DNA from: Dehalococcoidia bacterium
GTDB lineage: Bacteria; Chloroflexota; Dehalococcoidia; UBA2979
NCBI GenBank assembly: GCA_965208885.1
Contig: CBDBPS010000002.1
Location: 622,731 to 686,730, forward strand
Direction: 5' to 3'
Length of the DNA: 64,000 nt
The notes below the pieces were generated by a model. That model was not told the DNA's origin. It was given only the letters and a program-made list of their open reading frames with translations, and made no database searches. Each line of letters begins with the position of its first letter. Position 1 is the stretch's first letter. Below, piece by piece: positions 24,618-34,355 of the stretch. A program made the translations under genes and the position numbers.

Positions 24618-26345
24618 CTAACGGCGCCACTCGGCGATGTTCCACAGGTGGCTGTCCCAGGCGTTCGGGCGCACGCCCCGCAGCGTGTCGTGGTGCGCCG
24701 ACACGAACCCGCGGTGCACGAGCGGGATCTCGGCGTAGCCCTGCACGAGCAGGTCGTTGAGCCGCTTGATGAGCGCAGCGCGGTCGTCCCCGTCCGTTGT
24801 GCGTGCGAGTTCCTCGTAGAGGCGGTCGTACTCCGGGTCGCACCAGCGCGCGACGTTGCCGTCTGACCAGTGGTTGCCGCGCGCCGCGATGTGGCCGCAG
24901 CGCTGGGCCGAGAGGTATTCCTGCGGATCCACGCCGGAGCCGGTGGTGTACATCTGCACGTCGGCGAAGAAGCGCCTGTAGGTCGACGACGCGTCGGCGA
25001 TGGGGTCGCCGCCGAAGAACACGCTCGCGCCGTGGTTCACAAGGGTCGTCTCGATGCCGATTTCTGCCCACCAGTCCCGCACCAGCGCCTGCGTGGCCTG
25101 GCGGACCGCGTTCGTGGAGGTCTGGTACGTAATGCGCAGCGCGATGCCCTCGTACTCGCGAACGCCGTCGCCATCCGAGTCGATCACCCCGTGCTCGTCG
25201 AGCAGCGCCTTCGCGCCCTCGATGTCCTGCGCCAGGCACCCGTCGTTCGCTGAGGAGACGTAGCGCTCCGGCCCCGGCACCAAATTGCACGTCGGCACCG
25301 CGGCGGAGCCGTAGAGCTCGTCCACGATGCGCGCGCGGTCGATGGCCATCGACATCGCCTGCGTGATCGGGGCGAATGTCAGAAACGGGTGCGGGTTGGC
25401 GCCGTCGAGGTACTCGGAGCGGTCCTCACCGAACGCGGGGTTCGGGTTCGTGTGATTGATCACGATGCGCTCGGTGTCCCCCGCGAACGCCGAGACGATG
25501 CTGCCGGGTCCCCCGCCGGCGAGGGCGGCGAGCGTCTCGGGCGCGATCTGCAGGTTCCAGGCGAAGTCCGCCTCGCCCGTCTCGAGCACCGCGCGCACCG
25601 CCTCCTCCGCGGTCCCGCCGCCGACGATCTCGACGCGGTCGAAGTAGGGCCGCTCGTCGCGGTAGTGCGGGTTGCGCTCGTAGGTGGCGCCCTGATCGGG
25701 CCGGAAGGAGACGAGGCGGTACGGCCCGGTGCCGAGCGGCGCGAGGTTCTGCGAGCCGCATGCGGCGGCGGCCGCGCCGATGCAGTCGCCGAACTGCGCG
25801 CGGCTGATCACCGGGCTCCCGGCTCCCACGAACGCCGTGTACGGATAGGGCGTGGGGGTCTCGAACGTGATGCGCACGGTCAGCGCATCGATGGCCTCGA
25901 CCGAGGCGATGCCGTTGAAGGCGTCGCTTCCCGTGCAGCCCGTCGCCTCGTCAGTGCAGTACCGCCACGTGAAGACGACATCGTCGGCGCTCACGTCGCT
26001 GCCGTCGGACCACGTCAGACCCTCGCGCAGCGTCCAGGTGATCGAGGCGAGGTCCGCGGCCACGCCGCCGTTTCCAACGGTCGGGATGCTTGCGGCCAGC
26101 CTCGGCACGAGCTGGCCATCAGGATCGTAGCTCGCGAGCGGTTCGAGCGTGACGGCCGCCGCGTCGATGTCCTTCCCGCCAGCGGAGAGGTAGGCGTTCG
26201 GGGTCGACGGCGCCTGCCAGTAGCGCAGCGTAAGCACGCGTTCGGGCCCCGCCGGTGTCTCCTCGCGCGCGTCCTCACAGGCGGCGAGCAGGGCAAGGAG
26301 GACGAGCAGGACGAGGGCGAACGGCAGCCTGAGCCGGATGTCCAC
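24618..26345 (-). CDS. ABC transporter substrate-binding lipoprotein, family 5 (peptide/nickel type)
   Basis: Signal peptide with lipobox (LLALLAAC). ...TLEPLASYDPDGQLVPRLA...WTLREGLTWSDGSDVSADDVVFTW is typical of DppA/OppA-like SBPs. GTG start is preceded by GGGAGG. No cognate permease or ATPase genes are adjacent. Confidence 0.9.
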   Translation of the reverse strand: MDIRLRLPFALVLLVLLALLAACEDAREETPAGPERVLTLRYWQAPSTPNAYLSAGGKDIDAAAVTLEPLASYDPDGQLVPRLAASIPTVGNGGVAADLASITWTLREGLTWSDGSDVSADDVVFTWRYCTDEATGCTGSDAFNGIASVEAIDALTVRITFETPTPYPYTAFVGAGSPVISRAQFGDCIGAAAAACGSQNLAPLGTGPYRLVSFRPDQGATYERNPHYRDERPYFDRVEIVGGGTAEEAVRAVLETGEADFAWNLQIAPETLAALAGGGPGSIVSAFAGDTERIVINHTNPNPAFGEDRSEYLDGANPHPFLTFAPITQAMSMAIDRARIVDELYGSAAVPTCNLVPGPERYVSSANDGCLAQDIEGAKALLDEHGVIDSDGDGVREYEGIALRITYQTSTNAVRQATQALVRDWWAEIGIETTLVNHGASVFFGGDPIADASSTYRRFFADVQMYTTGSGVDPQEYLSAQRCGHIAARGNHWSDGNVARWCDPEYDRLYEELARTTDGDDRAALIKRLNDLLVQGYAEIPLVHRGFVSAHHDTLRGVRPNAWDSHLWNIAEWRR

Positions 26346-26706
26346 GGGACCACCTCCCAGGTTGTCTGGACGCCTGCCGAATGGACTGCTGAAAGGATAC
26401 CGGCTCTCTGGGCTGCGGTGTTACGCCACAGCGCCCGAGTCCTCGCGCGCCAAACCCGCCCTGCTGTCGCCCCCACGGCGACGAGCCAGCCGCCGCGCTC
26501 GCCGGAGCAACCAGCTACGGTCCCGGATGCCAGCTGGACGCTGTGCGATGACTGGGTCACTTCATGAGCGACGTTGACTTGGGGCCAGCTATAACCATCA
26601 TCCCGGGAGGATTCCCCGCCGAGCGAAGCGGGGATGGCTGCAAGGCTACAGAGTCTTCGCTGAACCCACACGCTTTCCCGCCTACAATGAAAATGGCAGA
26701 TCGAAG

Positions 26707-26997
26707 ATGGTACTGTCTACCGTCAAGTTAGGCCCGCTCGACCTCCCGAACACGTACTCGATCGAGGAAGGCGCGATCCCCGTCGACGACCTCGCGCGCC
26801 TCGACGTACCGGTACTGTTCCTCGCGGGCGAGGAAGACGCGACCATCCCCATCGAGTTGACGGCCGCGGCACAACTCCACGTCGCCGGCTCGCGCATCGA
26901 GCTCGTGCCGGAGGCGGGTCACTCGCTGTACTGGGAGATGCCGGACGTCTTCAACGCCCGCGTGGACGCCTTCTTCGATGAGGTGCTGTCGGGCTAG
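26707..26997 (+). pseudogene. C-terminal fragment of an alpha/beta-hydrolase gene
   Basis: Encodes only the last ~95 residues (VPVLFLAGEEDATIP...VPEAGHSLYWEMPDVFNARVDAFF), which include the catalytic-His region. The nucleophile-elbow half is absent upstream. Confidence 0.5.
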
Positions 26998-28328
26998 GCA
27001 GCGCCTTCGGCGGCGACGGGGAGCTGCTTGGGCGGCGGCTCGCGCGAGACGAGGATGGCGAGCGCGCCCGTCAGGTAGGTCGCCACGAACACTGCGAAGA
27101 CACCCTGGTATGAGCCGAACGCGTCGAAGTACACGCCGGCGAGGATCGGGCCCGCCGCACCGAGCAGGATCGTGAACGGCTGGCCCACCCCTCGGATCGC
27201 ACCGATGTACACGCGCCCGAAGTACTTCGCGAAGATGAACTCGCTCAGCGGCACCGTTCCCCCGAAGCCGAAGCCCCAGCAGAAGAACGCGACGAACATC
27301 AGCGGCAGTGCCCCCGCTGGTGCCGATACCAGCATCAGAACCACCCCCATCGCCGAGGTCACGAGCGCCCCCGCACCCAGGTAGCGGACGTGGACACGCT
27401 GCAGGAAGTAGCCCCACACGAACTTCGAGCTCAGGTTCGCGCCACCGTTCACCGCGACGGCCAGGGCTGCCTCGCCGCGAGCGAAGCCGTGGTCGGTCAT
27501 GAACGGGATGGCATGCACCAGGACACCCGACAGCGCCATCATGTTCAGGCCGTAGCCGACCATAAGCAGCCAGATCGCGCGCGTCCGGATCGCCTCGGCA
27601 CGCGTGTAGGAGTTGGCCGCGTCGCGCGCCTGCGCCGCGCCCACCGTTGAGTCGGCACCGGCCGCGGAGTCGGGGTCGATGCCGTCGGGCAGCATCCCGT
27701 AGTCCTCGGGCCGCCGACGCATGATCAGCGCGACTGGCACGATGACCACGAACATCGCCACCGCGAGCGCTGCGTAGGCGTCGCGCCACCCGACTGCGTC
27801 GACGACGCGCGTCATCGTGATGGGCATGATCAGCCCCGCGAACGAGACGCCCGAGGAGCCCAGCGCGATCGCCCACCCTCGACGCACCACGAACCACTTC
27901 GCGAGCGTCACGTTGGAGACCAGCGGCCCGACCATCGAGAAGCCGGCGCCGCCGGCGACCATCGAGAGCACGATGAACTGCCACAGCTCCTCGACGCGCG
28001 ACATGCCGAAGAACGCCACGGCGTAGAGGCACGCGCCCGTGAGCATCAGCGGTCGCGCCCCGTGGCGGTCGACGAGCGGCCCGATGATGAAGCCGGAGAT
28101 CCCGCCGAGCAGGAACGCGGCCGACCCCCCGAGCGTGAACTCGGCAGCCGTCCAGCCGAGGTCCTCGGTCATCGGCCGCAGGAACACCCCGGCGATGGTG
28201 CCCGTGGTCCCCATCGCGGCGAACTGCGCAATGACCGCGCCCCCGACGATCCACCAGCCCCAGAAGATGCCTCGCCGCCTCGCGGGAGGCGCTGGGTCGG
28301 GTGGTGGTTCGTCAGGCGAGCGGGCCAT
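26994..28328 (-). CDS. MFS transporter (paralogue of 39460..40980)
   Basis: 444 aa with multiple hydrophobic helices and an MFS loop motif GPLVDRHGARPLM. Confidence 0.85.
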   Translation of the reverse strand: MARSPDEPPPDPAPPARRRGIFWGWWIVGGAVIAQFAAMGTTGTIAGVFLRPMTEDLGWTAAEFTLGGSAAFLLGGISGFIIGPLVDRHGARPLMLTGACLYAVAFFGMSRVEELWQFIVLSMVAGGAGFSMVGPLVSNVTLAKWFVVRRGWAIALGSSGVSFAGLIMPITMTRVVDAVGWRDAYAALAVAMFVVIVPVALIMRRRPEDYGMLPDGIDPDSAAGADSTVGAAQARDAANSYTRAEAIRTRAIWLLMVGYGLNMMALSGVLVHAIPFMTDHGFARGEAALAVAVNGGANLSSKFVWGYFLQRVHVRYLGAGALVTSAMGVVLMLVSAPAGALPLMFVAFFCWGFGFGGTVPLSEFIFAKYFGRVYIGAIRGVGQPFTILLGAAGPILAGVYFDAFGSYQGVFAVFVATYLTGALAILVSREPPPKQLPVAAEGAA

Positions 28329-28370
28329 GGCGCGGATGTTAGGGCTCAGCGCCTCAAGCCGCCGCCACCC

Positions 28371-30320
28371 CTACAGCCAGCGCGCGAACCACTCCACCAC
28401 GCGGTCGTAGTACTCCTGGCGCAAGCTCGGGTGGCCGACGCGCAGGAACAGGTGCGAGCAGTCCGGGTAGCGGATGAACTCGACCGGCTTGCCTCGGCGT
28501 TTGAGCCCCGCGAACAGCTCCTCGGACTGCGAGATCGGGACGCGGATGTCGGCGTCGCCGTGCTGCAGCAGCACCGGCGTCTCGATCGCGTCGACGTACA
28601 TGACGGGCGACCGCTCCAGGTAGTGATCGAGGCGGTCCTGCGGCAGGCCGCCCCACTGCTGCTCGCCGAAGCTCGCCGCGATGTCCGTCTGGCCGTACAT
28701 CGAGAGCAGGTTCGTCACCGGCGCGCCGATGGCCGCCGCGCGGAAGCGCTGGTCGTGGCCGATCAGCCACGAGGACATGAACCCGCCGTACGAGTAGCCG
28801 TGGACGCCCAGCCGGTCAGCGTCGACGTATGGGCGCTCGCAGACCGCGTCGAGCGCGGCGAGGAGGTCGCGGGAGTCCTCGCCGCCCCAGTCCTCGAACA
28901 CCGCCGAGGTGAACGCCTCGCCGTACGTCGTGGAGCCGCGCGGGTTCGTGTAGAGCACGAGGTTGCCGGCGCACGCGATGACCTGGTGCAGGGGGCTGAA
29001 CCCGGGGCCGAAGAAGCCGTTCGGCCCGCCATGGATATCGAGCACGAGCGGGTAGCGGCGCGACTCGTCGAAGTCGGGCGGGAACACGAGCCGGCAGTCG
29101 ATCTCGACGCCGTCACGTTCGACCGTGAAGCGCTCGGTGCGGCCGATCGCGTGGCTCGCGAGGTACTCCTCGGAGCTCGACGTGAGCACGGCGCTACCGC
29201 CGCCCTTGAGGTCGAGCGTGGTGACCTCGCCGGGCTGCTCGTATGTCGACGCGAGGAAAGCGAGGCGACGGCCGTCGGGGGAGGCGGTGAGCCCGCCGAC
29301 GATCTCCTCCTCGGCACGCTCCGCCCGCAGGTCTCCGTCGCGGTCGACGCTATAGATGCCCGAGGAGCCGCGAGAGTCGGCGGCGAAGACGACGCGGTCC
29401 CCGTGCCAGGCGACGGGCGGCGCTGCGGCAATCGGGAAGAAGCCCGCCTGCGGCTCGACCTCGTCGTCCGTGAGGGGGCGGCACGCGCCGGTCTCTGCGT
29501 CGGCTAGGTAGATGTAGTGCTGCCACGTGTTGGCATCGGGCGAGCCGACGAAGGCGATCTCGGTCCCGTCGGGCGACCACGCGGTGCCGCCCGCCGCGAC
29601 GTCTTTCCACACCAGCCGCCGCACTCGCCCGCCGCTCGCGGGCATCACGCAGAGCTCGCCGCCCCACGGCGCGCGCAGGAAGCGGCGCGGCGAGCGGTCC
29701 GAGACGAACGCGAGGCGTTCGCCGTCGGGCGAGACGGCGAGCGAGCGATGGTTGAAGTCGCCGTCGGTCAGCTGCTCGTGGCTGCCGCCGGGGACGTCGA
29801 CGCGGAACACGTGAGTGCGGGTCTCGCCGCGCCAGCCGATGGTGTCGCCTCGGTAGTAGAGCTCGCGCACCTCGCGCGTCCGAGGTCGCTCGGGGCCGTC
29901 CTGCTCCTCGTCGTGCGAGGGGTCGACGTCGGCGAGGCAGTAGATCGCCTGGCCGTCGGGCGCCCACACGTGGTCGGAGACGCCGCCGGGGATGTCAGTG
30001 AGCCGGGTAGACTCGCCGCCGTCGCTCGGTAGCAGCCAGAGCTGCGCGGGGCTGTCCTCGTCGGCGCGACGGCGGAACGCGAGCTGCGCCCCGTCGGGCG
30101 ACCAGCGCGGCGCTGCGTCGCGCGTGCCGGCGGTGAGCCGCCGCGACGCGCCGCCCTCGAACGGCGCGACCTGGATGTGTGAGTCGGTCTCCAGCGTCCG
30201 GGCGTCGACGCTCGTGGACACGTACGCGACCGCGCCATCCGTCGACCGCACGGTGGGTGCGCCGACGGCAGGCAGTCCGAAGACAAAGTCGCTGCCGAAG
30301 GGTTGTCGTTGCTCAGCCAT
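28371..30320 (-). CDS. S9-family serine peptidase (prolyl oligopeptidase / acylaminoacyl peptidase-like)
   Basis: The beta-propeller N-terminal half has repeated ...SPDG... blades. The C-terminal hydrolase domain has the GYSYGG nucleophile elbow and HGDADIRVP. ATG 30320 is chosen; the track ORF extends another 210 codons of low-complexity sequence. Confidence 0.9.
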   Translation of the reverse strand: MAEQRQPFGSDFVFGLPAVGAPTVRSTDGAVAYVSTSVDARTLETDSHIQVAPFEGGASRRLTAGTRDAAPRWSPDGAQLAFRRRADEDSPAQLWLLPSDGGESTRLTDIPGGVSDHVWAPDGQAIYCLADVDPSHDEEQDGPERPRTREVRELYYRGDTIGWRGETRTHVFRVDVPGGSHEQLTDGDFNHRSLAVSPDGERLAFVSDRSPRRFLRAPWGGELCVMPASGGRVRRLVWKDVAAGGTAWSPDGTEIAFVGSPDANTWQHYIYLADAETGACRPLTDDEVEPQAGFFPIAAAPPVAWHGDRVVFAADSRGSSGIYSVDRDGDLRAERAEEEIVGGLTASPDGRRLAFLASTYEQPGEVTTLDLKGGGSAVLTSSSEEYLASHAIGRTERFTVERDGVEIDCRLVFPPDFDESRRYPLVLDIHGGPNGFFGPGFSPLHQVIACAGNLVLYTNPRGSTTYGEAFTSAVFEDWGGEDSRDLLAALDAVCERPYVDADRLGVHGYSYGGFMSSWLIGHDQRFRAAAIGAPVTNLLSMYGQTDIAASFGEQQWGGLPQDRLDHYLERSPVMYVDAIETPVLLQHGDADIRVPISQSEELFAGLKRRGKPVEFIRYPDCSHLFLRVGHPSLRQEYYDRVVEWFARWL

Positions 30321-30462
30321 GACGTTCGCTCCCACTGCCCGTGATGTCTCGACCAGACAGTATCGAGGGTATCGCGCAACGTCAGGCGTGCGGGATGCGC
30401 CCCCGGACGCCACCGCCCCACGATTTCGCCTAAACTCCAACCTGACCGAGAGGAGACCCCCG

Positions 30463-31575
30463 ATGAGTAACCCACTGCATTCGAGACTGTGCCAGGAGTA
30501 CGGCTGCGAGATCCCGGTCGTCGCGTTCGCGCACACCAAGGACGTGATCGCCGCCGTCAGCAACGCGGGCGGCATCGGCGTCCTCGGCGCGACGAGCCTC
30601 ACGCCCGACGAACTGCGCTCCGACATCCGTTGGATCCGCGACAAGGTCGGCGACAAGCCGTTCGGCATCGACCTGCTCGTGCCGGCGTCGTTCGTGCAGG
30701 GCAACCTCGAGGACCTCGAGGAGATGATCCCGGAGGGCCACCGCACCTTCGTCCAGAACCTCAAGGACGAGCACGGCATCCCGGAGCCCGACCCCAACGA
30801 CCCGAAGAACAACGGCAGCACCAGCCGGCACGACCTGCTCGAGCGCTCGCGCGAGTCGCTCGAGATCCTCTTCGAGGAGCAGGTCCCTATCTTCGTCTCC
30901 GGCCTCGGCAGCCCGGCGTTCATCATCGACCGCGCGCACGAGGCGGGCATGAAGGTGTGGGGGCTCGTCGGTCTGCCGCGACAGGCACAGCGCCAGGTCG
31001 ACGCCGGCGTCGACGTGATCGTCGCGCAGGGCTACGACTCCGGCGGCCACAGCGGCACGGTCGGCACGTTCACGCTCGTGCCCGAGGTGATCGAGATGGC
31101 CAAGGGCACCGGCTCGCTGGTGCTCGCTGCCGGCGGCATCAACAACGGCAAGCAGCTCGCTGCCTCGCTCACGATGGGCGCCGCAGGGGTCTGGACCGGC
31201 ACGATCTGGCTGGCCACACACGAGTCCGAGACGGAGATGTTCCTCAAGCAGCGGCTCATCGAGGCGCGCGCCGAGGACCCGATCCAGTCGCGCGCGATGT
31301 CCGGGAAGCCGATCCGCCAGCTGCCGTCGCGCTGGTCGGACGCCTGGAAGCAGCCGGACGCACCCGACCCGCTGCCAATGCCACTGCAGGGCATGCTCGT
31401 GGGCGACGTCCTCGACGGCATCCGCGGCGCCAAGATGGAGGAGTGGATGACCACTCCGGCCGGCCAGAGCGCCGTCGGCATCCACGCCATCCGCCCCGCC
31501 GCCGACGTGGTCTACGGCCTCGCCGAGGAGGCGCTCGACTGCTTCGAGAGCGTCGGCGCCGCGGTCGAGGTGTAG
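30463..31575 (+). CDS. Nitronate monooxygenase / NAD(P)H-dependent flavin oxidoreductase family protein
   Basis: ATG follows GAGGAGA. AVSNAGGIGVLGA and VIVAQGYDSGGHSG are NMO/2-nitropropane dioxygenase motifs. Confidence 0.85.
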   Translation: MSNPLHSRLCQEYGCEIPVVAFAHTKDVIAAVSNAGGIGVLGATSLTPDELRSDIRWIRDKVGDKPFGIDLLVPASFVQGNLEDLEEMIPEGHRTFVQNLKDEHGIPEPDPNDPKNNGSTSRHDLLERSRESLEILFEEQVPIFVSGLGSPAFIIDRAHEAGMKVWGLVGLPRQAQRQVDAGVDVIVAQGYDSGGHSGTVGTFTLVPEVIEMAKGTGSLVLAAGGINNGKQLAASLTMGAAGVWTGTIWLATHESETEMFLKQRLIEARAEDPIQSRAMSGKPIRQLPSRWSDAWKQPDAPDPLPMPLQGMLVGDVLDGIRGAKMEEWMTTPAGQSAVGIHAIRPAADVVYGLAEEALDCFESVGAAVEV

Positions 31576-31580
31576 CGCGT

Positions 31581-32213
31581 ATGGCTCTGGACATCGTCGG
31601 CGCGGGGCTCGGCCGCACCGGGACGCTCTCGCTGAAGTACGCGCTCGAGCAGCTCGGCTTCGACAAGACGTACCACATGTTCGAAGTCGCGCAGAACCCC
31701 GAGCACCGCGACACGTGGTCAGCCGCCCGCCGCGGCGAGACCGTCGACTGGGATGCGCTGTTCGACGGCTATCGTGCGTCGGTCGACTGGCCCGCCTGCG
31801 ACTTCTGGCAGGAGCTCTCTGAGCACTACCCGGAGTCGAAGGTGTTGCTCAGCGTGCGCGATCCGGAGCGCTGGTACGCGAGCATCCGGAACACCATCCA
31901 CCTCAGTACGGCCGCGGGCCTGACCTCCGAAGACGAGACCGCCCGGAAGCAGGCCGAGTGGGGCAACTGGATGATCTGGGAGGCCAACTTCGACGACCGC
32001 ATGGAGGACAAGGACCACGTCATCGGGGTCTACGAGGCGCGCACCGCCCTGGTCAAGGCCACGATCCCGTCCGACCGCCTGCTGGTCTACGAGACCGGCA
32101 GCGGCTGGGAACCACTCTGCGAGTTCCTCGACGTGCCCGTGCCGGACGATCCCTACCCGCACGTGAACACCACCGAGGACTTCCGCGAGCGCTTCGGCAA
32201 CCGGGGGCAATGA
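31581..32213 (+). CDS. Sulfotransferase-family protein
   Basis: MALDIVGAGLGRTGTLSLKYALEQLGFDKTYHM resembles the PAPS-binding N-terminus of the small bacterial sulfotransferase family. The ATG at 31581 lies 5 nt after the upstream stop. Confidence 0.6.
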   Translation: MALDIVGAGLGRTGTLSLKYALEQLGFDKTYHMFEVAQNPEHRDTWSAARRGETVDWDALFDGYRASVDWPACDFWQELSEHYPESKVLLSVRDPERWYASIRNTIHLSTAAGLTSEDETARKQAEWGNWMIWEANFDDRMEDKDHVIGVYEARTALVKATIPSDRLLVYETGSGWEPLCEFLDVPVPDDPYPHVNTTEDFRERFGNRGQ

Positions 32214-32241
32214 CGACGCCCGCTACACCGGGAGGTGCGCG

Positions 32242-32907
32242 ATGGTGAGCCAGGGACCCGGCAGCATGGCCGAGGAGGACGGCGATGTCGTCGTCCGCAT
32301 CGAGCAGGTCTCCGCGCAACCGACGGGCGAGGGCAACCGCCTCGAGGTGAGCATCGAGACGAACCACGGGCCGCTCAGCGCGCTCATGGATCCGGCCGAG
32401 GGCAGCGTGAAGTGCGCGATCTTCGTCGGCACCGAGGGACCCGCCGACGGCGTCTACGCGAAGCTCGCCGAGGACCTCGTCGAGCAGGGCGTGACCTCGC
32501 TGCGCATCAGCCCGCGGCTCACCGGCGAGCTCGAGGAGACCGTGATCGACGTCCTCGCGGCGTGCTCGCTGCTCAAGGGCCTCGGCGGCGGCCGTGCGGT
32601 CGTCGTCGGGCACTCGTACGCGGGGGCGGTCGCGATCAAGTCGGGCGTGCTGAGCCCGTTCCTCACCGCCGTGGCGGCGCTGGCCGCGCAGCGCTACGGC
32701 ACCCAGGAGGTCGAGCAGCTCAACAAGCCACTGCTGCTGATCCACGGCGCGGATGACCAGGTGCTGCTCCCACTCGCCTCGGACGACATCTACCAGCGGG
32801 CGAACGAGCCCAAGCACATGGTGATCCTGCCCGACACCGGGCATCGCCTGCTGGGCGTGGAGCAGGAGGTCTACGACCTGCTCCATCAGTTCATCAGCGC
32901 CGCCTGA
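32242..32907 (+). CDS. Alpha/beta hydrolase (dienelactone-hydrolase-like)
   Basis: Nucleophile elbow VVGHSYAG, ...LLLIHGADDQVL and a C-terminal His (DTGHRL). Confidence 0.7.
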   Translation: MVSQGPGSMAEEDGDVVVRIEQVSAQPTGEGNRLEVSIETNHGPLSALMDPAEGSVKCAIFVGTEGPADGVYAKLAEDLVEQGVTSLRISPRLTGELEETVIDVLAACSLLKGLGGGRAVVVGHSYAGAVAIKSGVLSPFLTAVAALAAQRYGTQEVEQLNKPLLLIHGADDQVLLPLASDDIYQRANEPKHMVILPDTGHRLLGVEQEVYDLLHQFISAA

Positions 32908-33018
32908 GGCCGACCGGTCCGATCCGCGCACGCGACGGGACGTAAGAAAGAAGGCTTGGTAGACTCGCCCGCGAGTATTCACGCGGGCCGCGCCGCGGAG
33001 GCCGAGGAGGCATCACAC

Positions 33019-34242
33019 ATGGATTGGGCAGACACCGACGAGCAGGCAGCATTCCGCGAGGACGTTCGGTCGTTCATCGACTCGAACCTGCCGCAGTACT
33101 ACAAGGACAAGCGCGCCTGGAACGCCGTCACCCTCGAGGATGACTGGCAGATGGACATGGTCCACGGCAGCGACCAGGCGAAGGCCGCGGCGCAGGAGTG
33201 GTCCGACCGTATGTCCCAGCGCAGCTGGGTCGCCCCGCACTGGCCACAGGAGTACGGCGGCGCCGGCCTCACCACCATGGAGCAGTTCATCTTCAACATG
33301 GAGATGGCCGAGGCCGAGGCCCCCATGGTCGGCGGGCAGGGCCTGTCGCTGATGGGGCCGACGGTGCTGATCCACGGCACCGACGAGCAGAAGGAGCGCC
33401 TGCTGGCGCCCACGCTGCGCGGCGAGATGCTGTGGTCGCAGGGCTTCTCCGAGCCCGGCGCCGGCTCCGACCTCGCCTCGCTCCAGACGCGCGCCGTCCG
33501 CGACGGCGACGAGTACATCATCAACGGCCAGAAGATGTGGACCTCCACGGCCCACAAGTCCAACTGGCTGTTCGGCATGTTCCGCACCGACCCCGACGCC
33601 CCGAAGCACCGCGGCATCAGCTTCATGGTCATGCCGCAGACCGACAACGGCATCTCCGTCCGCCCGATCATTTCGATGGGCTTCGAGCACGCCACCAACG
33701 AGACGTTCTTCGAGGACGTCCGGGTGCCTGTGAACAACGTCATCGGCGAGGAGAACCGCGGCTGGTACGTCGGCATGACGCTGCTCGACTTCGAGCGCTC
33801 GAACATCGCCGGCGCGGTCGAGACGCGTCGGCGCCTGCAGTCGCTGATCGACTACATCGGCACGGATGAGGGCCAGGAGCGGACGCAGGACCGCGCGCGC
33901 ACCTCGCGCTCGGCGATCGCCGACCGCTGGATCGAGTCCGAGGTCCTGTTCAACTTCTCGTTCCGCATCATCTCGATGCAGGCGGGCGGCATGGTCCCGA
34001 ACTACGAGGCTTCGACCTCGAAGATCTTCAACTCGGAGCTCTCGCAGCGCACCGCGAACACCGGCATGAAGGCGTTCGGCCTCTACGCCAACATCTGGGA
34101 CCGCGAGCACGAGCGCACCCCGCTGGACGCGCGATTCACCCAGCTCTACGTCCACAGCGTGGTGTTCACGATCTTCGGCGGCTCGAACGAGATCCAGCGC
34201 AACATCATCGCGACGCGCGGACTGGCCCTGCCTCGCAGCTAG
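33019..34242 (+). CDS. Acyl-CoA dehydrogenase family protein, tandem paralogue 1
   Basis: 407 aa. ...WPQEYGGAGL..., FSEPGAGSDLASLQTRA, INGQKMWTS and GGSNEIQRNIIA are ACAD N/M/C-domain motifs. Confidence 0.9.
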   Translation: MDWADTDEQAAFREDVRSFIDSNLPQYYKDKRAWNAVTLEDDWQMDMVHGSDQAKAAAQEWSDRMSQRSWVAPHWPQEYGGAGLTTMEQFIFNMEMAEAEAPMVGGQGLSLMGPTVLIHGTDEQKERLLAPTLRGEMLWSQGFSEPGAGSDLASLQTRAVRDGDEYIINGQKMWTSTAHKSNWLFGMFRTDPDAPKHRGISFMVMPQTDNGISVRPIISMGFEHATNETFFEDVRVPVNNVIGEENRGWYVGMTLLDFERSNIAGAVETRRRLQSLIDYIGTDEGQERTQDRARTSRSAIADRWIESEVLFNFSFRIISMQAGGMVPNYEASTSKIFNSELSQRTANTGMKAFGLYANIWDREHERTPLDARFTQLYVHSVVFTIFGGSNEIQRNIIATRGLALPRS

Positions 34243-34266
34243 CTCCTCCTCGCACGCACAACGCAG

Positions 34267-34290
34267 CGCGCCCCGGGCAACCGGGGCGCG
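34267..34290 (+). terminator. Intrinsic-terminator-like hairpin after ACAD paralogue 1
   Basis: Perfect 10-bp stem CGCGCCCCGG/CCGGGGCGCG with loop GCAA, followed by TTTG. Confidence 0.55.
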
Positions 34291-34355
34291 TTTGCGTGCG
34301 CGGACCAGCAGCACGGGACCGGCTGGCCCCGTGGCCTACCCAGGCTAGGGCTCTG

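Noticed and set aside
26574-26595. TTGACT ... TATAAC promoter-like pair in the SBP/hydrolase intergenic region
   Set aside because: The spacer between the hexamers is only 10 nt (26580-26589), too short for a sigma-70-type promoter. The pair also faces only the truncated hydrolase fragment.
30321-30950. 210-codon N-terminal extension of the S9 peptidase ORF (28371..30950)
   Set aside because: The extension is Ser/Arg/Pro-rich low-complexity sequence and runs antisense into the nitronate-monooxygenase-like gene. The peptidase homology starts at MAEQRQPFG (ATG 30320).
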